This document shows positions 17,377 through 26,300 of a stretch of 33,428 nt of DNA, piece after piece. Position numbers and translations under genes: made by a program. Origin of the DNA: a virus (Duplodnaviria > Caudoviricetes); IMG/VR virus record IMGVR_UViG_3300020543_000018, positions 1 to 33,428 of that record; one strand, written 5' to 3'. Each line of letters opens with the position of its first letter. The first letter of the stretch is position 1. Below the pieces are notes generated by a model that was not told the origin of the DNA, did no database searches, and saw only the letters and a program-made list of their open reading frames with translations.

Positions 17377-17594
17377 CCCTGCACCTCCTTCTCAATGCTC
17401 TTGTAATGGTACATATTCAGTATCCGCATTAGGTCATCTGCGTTTATAATTTTTCTCTCAAATAGAACCTCAAGCAGTTCGGCTATTATGGTGTGCGTAT
17501 CCTCATGCCAATCGCCATACGCAAGCGCAAGTCTAGCAATGGACGCATACTTGAAGCGTTCCCCATAGTTGCTGGTTACTACAACCGCGCTCAT
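17373..17594 (-). CDS. Hypothetical protein
   Basis: Start at 17594 after AAGGAGG, with ATGA overlap. Confidence 0.65.
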   Translation of the reverse strand: MSAVVVTSNYGERFKYASIARLALAYGDWHEDTHTIIAELLEVLFERKIINADDLMRILNMYHYKSIEKEVQG

Positions 17595-17743
17595 TTCGTC
17601 TCCTCCTTCTCGCATTCGGGGCACTTGAGCATTTCGCTCATCTCGTTCCACTCCATCATCGTCCCGCATCGGCAGTCCGGTGCTTCGGGCTGTTCATTCG
17701 GATCGTTGGTTAGCCAACGGTCGTACCAGGATGGTAGGTTCAT
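17591..17743 (-). CDS. Small zinc-ribbon-like protein (50 aa)
   Basis: Hand-translated MNLPSWYDRWLT...DCRCG...KCPECEKEETK. ATGA overlaps at both ends. Confidence 0.65.
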   Translation of the reverse strand: MNLPSWYDRWLTNDPNEQPEAPDCRCGTMMEWNEMSEMLKCPECEKEETK

Positions 17744-17892
17744 CTTGCGTTCTTTATAGCCTCCAGTTCTTTTTCAAATAGAGCCTTCAGCTCCTCGATT
17801 TCGTGCTCTTGCAAGTAAAACTGCGTGCTCTCCCAGATGTTCCACGCAATGTCCGCAAGCTGCTTTGCTGTCAGTTTCTTATTTTTTGGCAT
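17740..17892 (-). CDS. Small hypothetical protein (50 aa)
   Basis: MPKNKKLTAKQLADIAW..., overlapping the methyltransferase stop. Confidence 0.6.
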   Translation of the reverse strand: MPKNKKLTAKQLADIAWNIWESTQFYLQEHEIEELKALFEKELEAIKNAR

Positions 17893-18484
17893 CGTGATTC
17901 CCTCCCCATTGAGTTGCCATTGCTTTGGCAATTCCTTCATACGTTTTCGACCTGATCTTCCACCTATCAGCAGATGGCCCCAGGTTGTTTTGTCCAGACG
18001 GAGTCTGGTTCGCATACCTATCCTTGAGAATCAACTGTGTTGGCTCTAGCTTTGGCAGGCCGCGAAGCCACAGACATGTGGCTTTTTTAGCGTCTTCCCC
18101 AAACTGATACGGCTGGATAACCTGCGTGTGGTTCACGCCGATAATCTCCTTGGCATACCTGTGCATGATTGGGTTTTCTACGCACACTTTCGGGATGTTC
18201 GCCTCAAGCAGTTTCTTGAAGAACAACGCACCTTCTCGCATCTTTTCTTCTCGCCCCTCCTGTCGTCCAAGCCAGTGGACTCCACTATTGCACAGGTATG
18301 TGCAAGGCGGGTGAGCAATCATCAAATCCCATTCTTGGGATATTATTTCCATAATATCTCCCTTGAAGTGATGCTCGCTTTCGTCATCTGACGGAAGGAG
18401 ATCGCAACTCCAAGCATCGTGCCCTAGCTCTCGGAACGCTCGTCTGACAGTTCCGCTGTATTCGCAGGCAACAAGTACTCGCAT
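17879..18484 (-). CDS. Short C5-cytosine DNA methyltransferase-like protein
   Basis: VLVACEYSG (SAM binding), SCD, GD, catalytic AHPPC, ENP, KATCLW and RSKTY motifs. Confidence 0.8.
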   Translation of the reverse strand: MRVLVACEYSGTVRRAFRELGHDAWSCDLLPSDDESEHHFKGDIMEIISQEWDLMIAHPPCTYLCNSGVHWLGRQEGREEKMREGALFFKKLLEANIPKVCVENPIMHRYAKEIIGVNHTQVIQPYQFGEDAKKATCLWLRGLPKLEPTQLILKDRYANQTPSGQNNLGPSADRWKIRSKTYEGIAKAMATQWGGNHDAKK

Positions 18485-18487
18485 AAC

Positions 18488-18835
18488 TCAGAACCCGATA
18501 AGTCTGTCCAGCCACGTCCGGCCCTTCTCCTTGTTGAACGCCTCCTGTAGATCGTCCAGTTGCCTCACGAGGTCAGCATTGCGCTCCTCATTAGCCTGCA
18601 CCTCCCGCACAAGCCGCTCGATGGTCTGCTTAAGAGTGCCGATGATGCGCTTGTCTGACTCGCGCTGCAACTTCTCCTCTGGTACAACTCCAGCCTTTCT
18701 GCACACCACATACACCGTCTGCGGGTGGATGCCGTGCTTGCGTGCAATGTGGGTGTAGGTCTTCCCTGCTTTGCGGAGGGAAATGATGCTGTCTTTCGTG
18801 GCTTGTGGAAGCCCTGGTCTACCGATTTTATTCAT
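18488..18835 (-). CDS. HTH DNA-binding protein with coiled coil
   Basis: GRP...IISLRKAGKTYTHIARKHGIHPQTVY HTH; C-terminal WLDRLIGF. Confidence 0.75.
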   Translation of the reverse strand: MNKIGRPGLPQATKDSIISLRKAGKTYTHIARKHGIHPQTVYVVCRKAGVVPEEKLQRESDKRIIGTLKQTIERLVREVQANEERNADLVRQLDDLQEAFNKEKGRTWLDRLIGF

Positions 18836-19049
18836 GGGTTTTGTCTATTAGTGCTGATGTGATGACCGTTAGGTCATGTATCCTCTGCTTCATTTCCTCA
18901 AAGAGCATTGCTGCTTCCTCTGGAGTTTGGCAGTGGGTTGCTTTTCTCCACTTTTTAATCGTGGTGAAAACTTGCTGTTTTTCCGCTGAAGCGGAGTGAT
19001 GTGCTGACCCCGCAGGGGCCGTTGCGTTGGATAGGAATGGAGATTTCAC
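18828..19049 (-). CDS. Possible small hypothetical protein
   Basis: Fills the gap between helicase-C and the HTH gene, but its start overlaps the helicase by 95 nt. Confidence 0.35.
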   Translation of the reverse strand: MKSPFLSNATAPAGSAHHSASAEKQQVFTTIKKWRKATHCQTPEEAAMLFEEMKQRIHDLTVITSALIDKTHE

Positions 19050-19569
19050 GGTATTCTTCGTCTTCGACCTTCACCACCAGAACCGCAGTTGCATCCTGCT
19101 GAATCGCCCTAGACTCACGAGCCTTGCCAGCCTCGTTAAGCTGAGTAATCGCAAACAGGACGCACTTGAGTTCCATGGCCAGCAAGCGGAGTCCACGAGA
19201 AACCTCGGCTACCTCCCGCTCACGAGTGCCATCCTTGCCAAGATCGAACCGCACGAGCTGGATGTAATCGACAACGATTGCCTCCAACCCGCCGCTCTTT
19301 GCCATAGCCCGTGCTGTAGCGCAGATGCTAGCAAGGTCGTACAGGTCGTCCCGTACAACCAGCCCAGTGCGTGCAAGATTCGAGATAGCCGTGGCGACAC
19401 GCCGGAAGTCTCCCTCGTTCCTCACGCCTTCTGCCAGCGTCCGAAGCGACACATTGGCTTGCTTGGCCACGAGACGGTCAAGGATTTGACTTGCTGGCAT
19501 CTCAAGCGAGATGACCAGAATCTTACCTTTGCCCGTTACCTGGCCTTGCGCTGGTTGTGTTGCGTCCAT
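18955..19569 (-). CDS. DnaB-like replicative helicase, C-terminal part
   Basis: H1a ILVISLEM, H2 IVVDYIQL, H3 EVSRGLRLLAMEL..ITQLN, H4 RESRAIQQDA and QRNGP. No Walker A. Confidence 0.9.
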   Translation of the reverse strand: MDATQPAQGQVTGKGKILVISLEMPASQILDRLVAKQANVSLRTLAEGVRNEGDFRRVATAISNLARTGLVVRDDLYDLASICATARAMAKSGGLEAIVVDYIQLVRFDLGKDGTREREVAEVSRGLRLLAMELKCVLFAITQLNEAGKARESRAIQQDATAVLVVKVEDEEYREISIPIQRNGPCGVSTSLRFSGKTASFHHD

Positions 19570-19771
19570 TCTTGGTGATGGTGAAGTCTACCTTTATGTC
19601 ATCGGTGGATTTGTCCACGGGCTTTAGGTCTTTTTTGAATTCTTTCAAAAAATCTTCGCACGCATCGTAAGTGCCTGTGAACAAGACTGTCCGCACAATC
19701 TTTGGCCTAGGCAGCTTGAGCTTTTTGACCACCGTGCTGACACGAACGACTGTCCAGTTAGTCGCGGCCAT
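19523..19771 (-). CDS. Basic hypothetical protein
   Basis: ATG at 19771 overlaps the exonuclease end; 82 aa, K-rich. Confidence 0.55.
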   Translation of the reverse strand: MAATNWTVVRVSTVVKKLKLPRPKIVRTVLFTGTYDACEDFLKEFKKDLKPVDKSTDDIKVDFTITKNGRNTTSARPGNGQR

Positions 19772-20540
19772 GGATAATCCTCCGTTTGGGAAGCCCAGGC
19801 CATGTGTCGGTTTTGACGCAGCCAGCAAAGCGTTCCAGTTCAGCATCTATCGAGTCCTGCGCTTCTTGGATAAGCGGGGTAGCCGGAATCACAACCTGCG
19901 CTAAGTGAGGCTCTTCTGTGTCCACCACAGCAAAGTAGAACTCCACTTCATCTAGCGGCACATTCAGCGTCTTGTGCAGTCCGTACATGTACCACGCGGC
20001 TTGCCAGTGGTACTTTAGCGAGAAGAAGTTGCGGTCGAACGCTGCAATGCCGGAGGTGGTTTTGAGGTCAACCAAGATGAACCTGCCTCCCTGCTGCACG
20101 ATGAGGTCGGGCCTTCCCTTGCATTGGACTCCTCCACGCTCCCAGAACATGGATGCCTCAGCCACCTTGCGCTTACAGCCTTCAGTGATTTCGTCCAGCA
20201 TTGGCGTTGCAGCGGCTTGCACCCCAAGCACCATGCGCTCTTCTTCGGCGGTGATGATGTACTTGCCAGTGTTGTCCTCGCAGAAAGCTTGGTACGCCTC
20301 CTTGCCAGCCTTGGTGCGCCTGTCCGTGTCCGCAGGGAGCACTGCATATTCGACTCGGTTCTCTAGCACCAAAGAGTGGATGACCGTCCCCATCTCCATG
20401 GCTTTGCTCGTCTTCTTATGCTCGTGCCTGTGCTTGTAGAGTACTGGCGCAAAACAGAATGCGTCGAACTCGTGCTTGCTCAGGCCGTGTGCAGCCCTGT
20501 AGTCCAGGGCTTCCATATCTGTATGTATCTTGGTTATCAT
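19758..20540 (-). CDS. PD-(D/E)XK exonuclease (RecE/ExoVIII, DUF3799-like)
   Basis: GTVIHSLVLE, DRRTKAGKE, KGRPD, LVDLKTT and YHWQAAWY motifs. Alternative start at 20516 after the leader motif. Confidence 0.88.
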   Translation of the reverse strand: MITKIHTDMEALDYRAAHGLSKHEFDAFCFAPVLYKHRHEHKKTSKAMEMGTVIHSLVLENRVEYAVLPADTDRRTKAGKEAYQAFCEDNTGKYIITAEEERMVLGVQAAATPMLDEITEGCKRKVAEASMFWERGGVQCKGRPDLIVQQGGRFILVDLKTTSGIAAFDRNFFSLKYHWQAAWYMYGLHKTLNVPLDEVEFYFAVVDTEEPHLAQVVIPATPLIQEAQDSIDAELERFAGCVKTDTWPGLPKRRIIHGRD

Positions 20541-20845
20541 GGGTTCTTTTCAAATGCGCCGCAGCCAACAACTCTGCCGTTGCTATCCCTGTGTAACTTC
20601 GCTGGAGAGATGAGATCGCTGCGCTCTGGCAACGCTTGCCGGACGTATTGCGACACGATGTAAACAACGCCATCTTTCTTGGGCGGACAGTTCTGCACTG
20701 CGCCGGAGTCACAAACCATCAACGGAATCCCGTCGATGTCCCCGACTTTTCGGAGCGTTGTCGCCACACGGGCAACGTGCCCCGATGGAGGATATTTGTT
20801 CCCGCATGCGTCCACCTCATGCGCCATGTAATTGACTACTTTCAT
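20537..20845 (-). CDS. Conserved phage hypothetical protein (PPSG..AR / IVS / RD..G.VVGC family)
   Basis: YPPSGHVARV...YIVSQYV...RSDLISP...RDSNGRVVGC; ATGA coupling to helicase-N. Confidence 0.8.
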   Translation of the reverse strand: MKVVNYMAHEVDACGNKYPPSGHVARVATTLRKVGDIDGIPLMVCDSGAVQNCPPKKDGVVYIVSQYVRQALPERSDLISPAKLHRDSNGRVVGCGAFEKNP

Positions 20846-21579
20846 TGTTTGTTCAGTAAGTTGCTTATGATGTTGAGCGCAAGCATCGTCTTGCCGCTCT
20901 TGGTTTCCCCGCCGATGACCACATAGTCACCGTACCGAATAGGGCACATGTCGTCCAATTTCTTAAAGCCAGTGGAGATACGCATGCTAGAGTCATCCCC
21001 CTCCTGATACCGCTTTGCTGCGTCTACCAGCAGACTCTTCGTGTCCATCGCTTTCGGAGGCACAGTCTCGCGCATGAGTGCGTCCACTTTCATGGAAAGC
21101 CCTGCAATGAGGTCAGAGGTGGGGTGCTCGTTTGATTGAGCGTCCTGCACAGCTTGGTATGCCAAGATCATCAGAGCCCGTCGCTTGCTTGCGCCTCTAA
21201 CCAAGTTAATGAACTCAGGCATTGCCTGCACTACTCCGCACAGGTGGTACAAGTCAGACACGTCCGGCAACTGCACGCTGGAGTCTTTCTCTCGGAGTTT
21301 CTCGAAAACCACACGCAGGTCGCACGAGGCGTTGCGGGTCGTTTGTTCTAGCACTACTTCCACGGTCATCTTTGCCAGCGGGTTGATGAAGTCGGACGGA
21401 CTGAGCCGCGCCTCCATACTCGCATGCAAAAACTCGTTCGGGTGGTTCAGCGCAATCGATGCTAGACCGCGCTCTGCTTCGTCGCAGGATGGGACGGTCA
21501 AGGTGACAGAATCACCAGCTTGTTGCTGTGCTTTGTGGCGCATTCGTGAGGGACGGTTTGGCAGTTGGAGCTTGTGCAT
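20842..21579 (-). CDS. DnaB-like replicative helicase, N-terminal part including Walker A
   Basis: DnaB N-domain (AERGLASI...LSPSDF...SKRRALM), ISTGFKKLD, Walker A GGETKSGKTMLALNI, then a stop. The exact start is uncertain. Confidence 0.88.
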   Translation of the reverse strand: MHKLQLPNRPSRMRHKAQQQAGDSVTLTVPSCDEAERGLASIALNHPNEFLHASMEARLSPSDFINPLAKMTVEVVLEQTTRNASCDLRVVFEKLREKDSSVQLPDVSDLYHLCGVVQAMPEFINLVRGASKRRALMILAYQAVQDAQSNEHPTSDLIAGLSMKVDALMRETVPPKAMDTKSLLVDAAKRYQEGDDSSMRISTGFKKLDDMCPIRYGDYVVIGGETKSGKTMLALNIISNLLNKQ

Positions 21580-21973
21580 AGGCCCGTGAGAGCCACGAGT
21601 TGATAAACCGCATCATGCCGCGCATCGACTTCCTTTTTGCGTAGTTTGCGTTTCCCCACGCAATGATTACTTTCAACTCCTTTTCCACCAACTCGCGCCC
21701 GTATGAGCGAACGAAATCACGATAGTCCTGCTCCTTCAGTCTGTACCAAGTTTGATCCCGTGTTGGGAATATCCACGGCCAAGCATCCTCCGGCCGCTCT
21801 GGCAGCTCATCCAGTCTAGCTGGAGGCTCGATAAGTTCCGGCATCGTTTCCGCGATCACTTCGCGTGTTTGCTCCACCTCTGGAGCTAGCGTCTCCTTGT
21901 CGAAGGTGATGCCTTCAGCATCGAACTTAATCGTGATGCTGTGGCCGTCCTTCGTTTGTATGTGTATTTGCAT
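21512..21973 (-). CDS. Phage replication initiator/loader-like protein
   Basis: C-terminal W..AN..KRKS.RG..RFINSWLSRA pattern; directly upstream of the helicase. Confidence 0.55.
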   Translation of the reverse strand: MQIHIQTKDGHSITIKFDAEGITFDKETLAPEVEQTREVIAETMPELIEPPARLDELPERPEDAWPWIFPTRDQTWYRLKEQDYRDFVRSYGRELVEKELKVIIAWGNANYAKRKSMRGMMRFINSWLSRAYAQAPTAKPSLTNAPQSTATSW

Positions 21974-22403
21974 GTATGTATGAGGATGCCATTAGCAGGG
22001 CATCGGCTGTTTCTAGCGTCACCTTGACTTCAGGGAAGCGCATCCGCGCAACGTCACGCAGCTTCTGCTTCCACTTGCTGTAGGTCAGTCCGTCTCGTCC
22101 ACCCACGCCGCACGCCTTTTGCCACTCCTTGGGCTTTACCATAATGACGGGCAGGTTGAGCGCAGCGCAAACCCCTAGCACTACGCCCACGGACTGGAAT
22201 AAGACTGCCACCATTGAACCTGGGATGTTTTTCCCTGTGAACTTAGGAACATCTTCGACATAAACCCCAGACAATGAAAGCTGGCGAAGTTGCTCTGCTA
22301 GTTCAACGGGAGAGGATGGCATGCTCCACGCACTGACTTTGCCCTCAATGCAGGTGGCGATTCCGCCCTTCACCCCAGGATCAATGGCAGCGAAGTTTAC
22401 CAC
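21927..22403 (-). CDS. RuvC-like Holliday junction resolvase
   Basis: AIDPGxxGG, YVEDV, VKPKEWQK and ADALLMA motifs. Confidence 0.82.
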   Translation of the reverse strand: MVNFAAIDPGVKGGIATCIEGKVSAWSMPSSPVELAEQLRQLSLSGVYVEDVPKFTGKNIPGSMVAVLFQSVGVVLGVCAALNLPVIMVKPKEWQKACGVGGRDGLTYSKWKQKLRDVARMRFPEVKVTLETADALLMASSYIHANTHTNEGRPQHHD

Positions 22404-23062
22404 TTCACGTCATCCTCGGTTAAGTCTTCCTCCGCAAACAGAGGCTCTTTCTTGGCCGGAGCTGCCTTGGCTGGAGCTTGGTCAAGCGGATGTGTTGGCA
22501 TCGCGTTCTCTAGGCTGCCCTTGTTGAGAGCGATAAATAGAGTAGCGGTAGCAGCAGGGAGATCCACTTCGGGGTTCTCATCCTTAACCCACTTAGCAGC
22601 GCGATGTGCCACAAGATAGAGGTTCGCCAACTGCATTGCCCTCTTCCGTACACCATCCACGTCGGTGGCGACAATCGGCTGGGGCGAAGCTGACGCTGAA
22701 GTCTTGGAGCTAGAGGGAGCAGTCCCTGCGTTTGGCCCATCGAACCGGACTTTGTCGGTGATGCTAAGTTCGTTTTCGCCCTTCTGATCATTGAGTTTTA
22801 CTTTGATACCTTCCAAGCCACGCTTGCCTGCTTGTGACTGCAAGCACACTTCCTTGCCCTTTAAATCTGACACGTCGATTCCCCAGAAAGATGCACGCAC
22901 TTCTGTGCCGTTCTGTGTGAGGATAGCGTTCTGAACACGCCATTCGCCATGCTTGCCTTGCCCTGTGCGTGGTGGAAACACTGCCTTCACCACTGCCTTT
23001 ACCGCTGGAACAATCTCTCCGTCGGAGAGGCCAGCAACGTCACTGAGTTCTACTAATCGCAT
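22397..23062 (-). CDS. Single-stranded DNA-binding protein (OB fold)
   Basis: OB-fold-like N-domain (VKAVFPPRT...VQNAILT...VRASFWG), P/A/S linker and acidic tail EEDLTEDDVKW. Confidence 0.65.
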   Translation of the reverse strand: MRLVELSDVAGLSDGEIVPAVKAVVKAVFPPRTGQGKHGEWRVQNAILTQNGTEVRASFWGIDVSDLKGKEVCLQSQAGKRGLEGIKVKLNDQKGENELSITDKVRFDGPNAGTAPSSSKTSASASPQPIVATDVDGVRKRAMQLANLYLVAHRAAKWVKDENPEVDLPAATATLFIALNKGSLENAMPTHPLDQAPAKAAPAKKEPLFAEEDLTEDDVKW

Positions 23063-23154
23063 ATGTATATTCCTGTCATGCCAAGTTGCCCTTGGCGAGC
23101 ATCCACCGCTTCATGCGGCAGATACTCAACAACTGCCAGTGTTCGTGTAAACGG

Positions 23155-23304
23155 TCAACAGGATTTTTTTGAATCCCTGTAAGTGTGTGCCGTGTTGGGC
23201 TTTGAACCTTTCTGCGTGCCTAGCTCTTGGTGCAGAACTTTGGCAGAACGCTTGTCGGTCTGGTCGATGGACTTGACGTGCTTGAACGAGATTTCCTTTT
23301 TCAT
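23155..23304 (-). CDS. Small basic hypothetical protein (49 aa)
   Basis: Hand-translated MKKEISFKHVKSIDQTDKRSAK...; ATGA overlap with the 1425-aa gene. Confidence 0.45.
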   Translation of the reverse strand: MKKEISFKHVKSIDQTDKRSAKVLHQELGTQKGSKPNTAHTYRDSKKSC

Positions 23305-26300
23305 TTCTTTGCTTTCTTGATTGCGTCTTCTCTATTCCGAAATACCCCGATGAGTCCAGCAGTTGCTCCGTAGAGGCGGTATTTTCCGTTGAGCTTGAGG
23401 ATGATGCGGTCTTTGCGAATCGGCTCTTGCTCTGCTGTCACAACTTCTTCTGGTCTACCAAACTTGCTGGCTGCACGTTCCTTTATGCTTCTCGCCCACT
23501 CTTCGTATTCTTTCTCTTCAGTGATTCTTTTCGCTTCTTCTTCAGCAGCCTTTGCTTCCATTTCAGCCGCCTTCTTTGCTCTTTCTGCTTTTCTCTGGCG
23601 AACCAAATCTCCAGCACCAGGCCCAAGTGGCTTATCGGCTTGATAGGTCGGCTTCTTGGTTTTCACCATTTCTGCAACCCATTCCGTAAGTGCCCTTTGT
23701 GGATTAGCTCCATATTGCACAGTTAATGCCTCAGCCTCATATGGCTGGCTCTGCTGCGCTCTTGCTTGGGCTTGCTGTTGAACAACTTGCTCTTGCGCTA
23801 TTGCCCCACGCTCCGTTGCGCTGAACATCCGCTCGATAGCCACGCGCATTTCGTCTGGCACAAACTCACGAGCAACTTGGATTGCACGCATGGCTTCCGG
23901 CGTGTCCATGGACAATGCTTTCCGAAGAATAGCGTCCTTTTGCAAGGAGGTCATCTTGAGCGGTTGTTTCTGGTATATGACTCCCGTAGGCTTGCCGCCC
24001 AACGTGTTCTCGAAATCAATCAGAGCCTCAACGTAATCGCGCAGCTTGTTCGTTTCCTGTAAGGCTTGGTACTCCTGCTCTGTTAGCGGTTTGCGAACAT
24101 CTTTAGAGAAGAGTCGAGAAAGTTCCTGTTGCTTAGCAATAGCTTGCTCTTGCAGGATTGCCGCTTCCTCTGCGGTAGCAACTCCATCTGCCTCAAACTT
24201 AGCCCTTAGCGCAGCGACATCTCGGTCTGTGCGGCGTTGAGCAGACTCGGCCATGCCTTTCTCGCGTTTAGCGATTTGCTCTCCCATCTCAAATGGAGTG
24301 CGAGGCAATGGCTTCTGCTTCTTGCGCTTAGGCTGGAACCTTACTTGGCCTTCTTCTTGACGCGCTCCGGCAGCTTCTTGCCCTTGGGTGTCTCCTTGGC
24401 GAACCGCTTCGCGATTGCTGGCTCGTTGGCGTACAGATACTTCCTTTGCGCGTTGCTCTTGAATGGCATCTTGTAGTTTGTTGATGGTTTGCGTGTCTTT
24501 GATTGACCTGCGAGTGGACGCTTCCGCCGCTTGATCGAAGGTCTTAAAAATACCAACACGATTGCCAAGCACATCGAACACGCGATAGCCCGTCGTCTCG
24601 GTCTTTACGATTCTATCTCCAGAGATGTCTTGCGCTATGCTCCCGTTTGGAAGCTGTTCGTATTTGGTGCGGGCTGGCTGGAAGTGCCTCTGAATGCCTT
24701 GGATGCTGCTTACATCCATTGGGACACGAGTGTCGGTGATGTTGATTGAGCCGACAACACGCCGCAGTGGAATAAGCTCCATGCCATTCTGCCTTTCAGC
24801 TCCCATTCGGCCAATCATCGCTGCATCTTCCAGCGACAACTTATTGAGCATCGTAACGCCTTGTTCAGCGAACCGTTTGGTTGGCGTTGGAATCTGGAAT
24901 GATTTGAGCAAAGAGGCGTGTCGTTTATCCCCTAGCGGAACCCCATCAACTTCCACCGCAACTCGGCTATTCTTTGCAGCTTCCGGCGTGAACCTGTTCT
25001 TGGATAGATACTGCAAGTAAGCATCCATGTATCGACGTGCCTGCGCCATGTCAGTAAACCCTGACTGTCCGCTAGCCACAGCCTTGCCTAGTCGGTCGAT
25101 AGCGTTCCCGTAATCAAACGCCAAAAGCTGTACTCCACCGTCCCTGTTCCAGATGATGTCAATGCCTACGAGATCCTTATCGAAAGGAGTGCCCATCCGG
25201 ATGTTACCAGTCTCAGCAACGCCAGACTCGCTCATCATCTTGAACACCTGCGATAGCCGCGCCACCTTGCCCTCTCTGATGGCTTGCTTCATCGTGACGA
25301 GGTTTTGAGCCTCAATCGGATACAGCAGCGGAGCGTTGGCTTTTGCTTTGGTGGTGATAGTGCGCTTCGTCAAGTCCCAGATGACATTATCCGGCAGGTC
25401 GAGAACAGATAGCCCATTCTTGCTGTAGTACTTGGACAACGATTCCTTGGCTCCATTCTGAATCAAAGCATCCTTGATTTGGTCGAACACTTGCGGGAAG
25501 TGTTGCTTGCGAATCTTGTCGTTCATCATCACGCGAAGACGGTCAGCGTAATCCGCTCTGAATATGTCCGGCGTCATCTTCACCGCCACTGGCTCTGGAG
25601 GAAGACCTGGAGCATCTTTCGCGAAGATGCGATCCATGACTGGGTCAAGAATGGGGTTGCCCTTAACCTCTGAGTTGAACAGTCTGCGGAGCTTTGTCTT
25701 TGCGACATTAATGCCTTCTTGCCAGATTGTTGGCACTGCTCCACGGATAAAGCTGCGAGGGTCTTTCCCCTTCACCCAGTCTTCCGCATAGGTCGCAGCA
25801 ATCTCGTGCGTGATGTCCCGCAACTCTCGCACAACTTGTTCCCTTGGAACTGACGGGTCTGTAATCCGGTCAAGCTGCTCGCGTATCTTGTCGGCCTGAG
25901 TCGTGCCGTCTGGATAAGTAATGTTCTCTGCTCTAGAGATATAGTCATCAAGCAGCTTTGCCGTCTCAGCGTTACTTAGCTGCGGGGTCAGCTTGCCTTC
26001 GGAGTCTCGCCTAAAAAGCGTGTTCGTGATTTCGTCAGCAACAACGTCGGTCACCAACGAATGCACCATTTCATGCGGCAGCGTGCTTGCATCTGCATTG
26101 TTTCCGTTGATGTAAATTGTTCCGTCTTTCTTGTCGAAGACAGCATTCCATCCATCCACAACCTTGCCGTCAATCAAGTGCGCCTTCCCGTCAACCACCT
26201 TTACTTGACGATTGCGCTCAAGTGCCAAGTCGGTCATGGCAACGAATGTCGCTAGGCTTTTGCCGTCGCGATCCATGTTGCTCAACTTGTCAACAAACTC

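Larger units (their letters stand above)
16309..17393 (-). repeat. Five copies of a GGAGGTGCAGNN(A/G)TGA gene-junction repeat
   Basis: Copies at 16309, 16605, 16754, 17053 and 17373. The last two share 21 identical nt (GAGAAGGAGGTGCAGGGATGA). Confidence 0.85.

Noticed and set aside
16309-17393. Possible CRISPR array or integron attC sites
   Set aside because: Repeats are short, non-palindromic and spaced by whole genes of 150-320 nt. No cas or integrase gene is present.
19631-19652. Inverted repeat TTTTTTGAA-TTCT-TTCAAAAAA
   Set aside because: Low complexity and within coding sequence. It resembles the TTTTGAA arrays, but a single copy is not enough to call an operator.
19570-20841. Intein, group I/II intron or IS element interrupting the helicase
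   Set aside because: No intein terminal residues, no non-coding intron core, no transposase or terminal repeats. The interval is fully occupied by ordinary phage genes.
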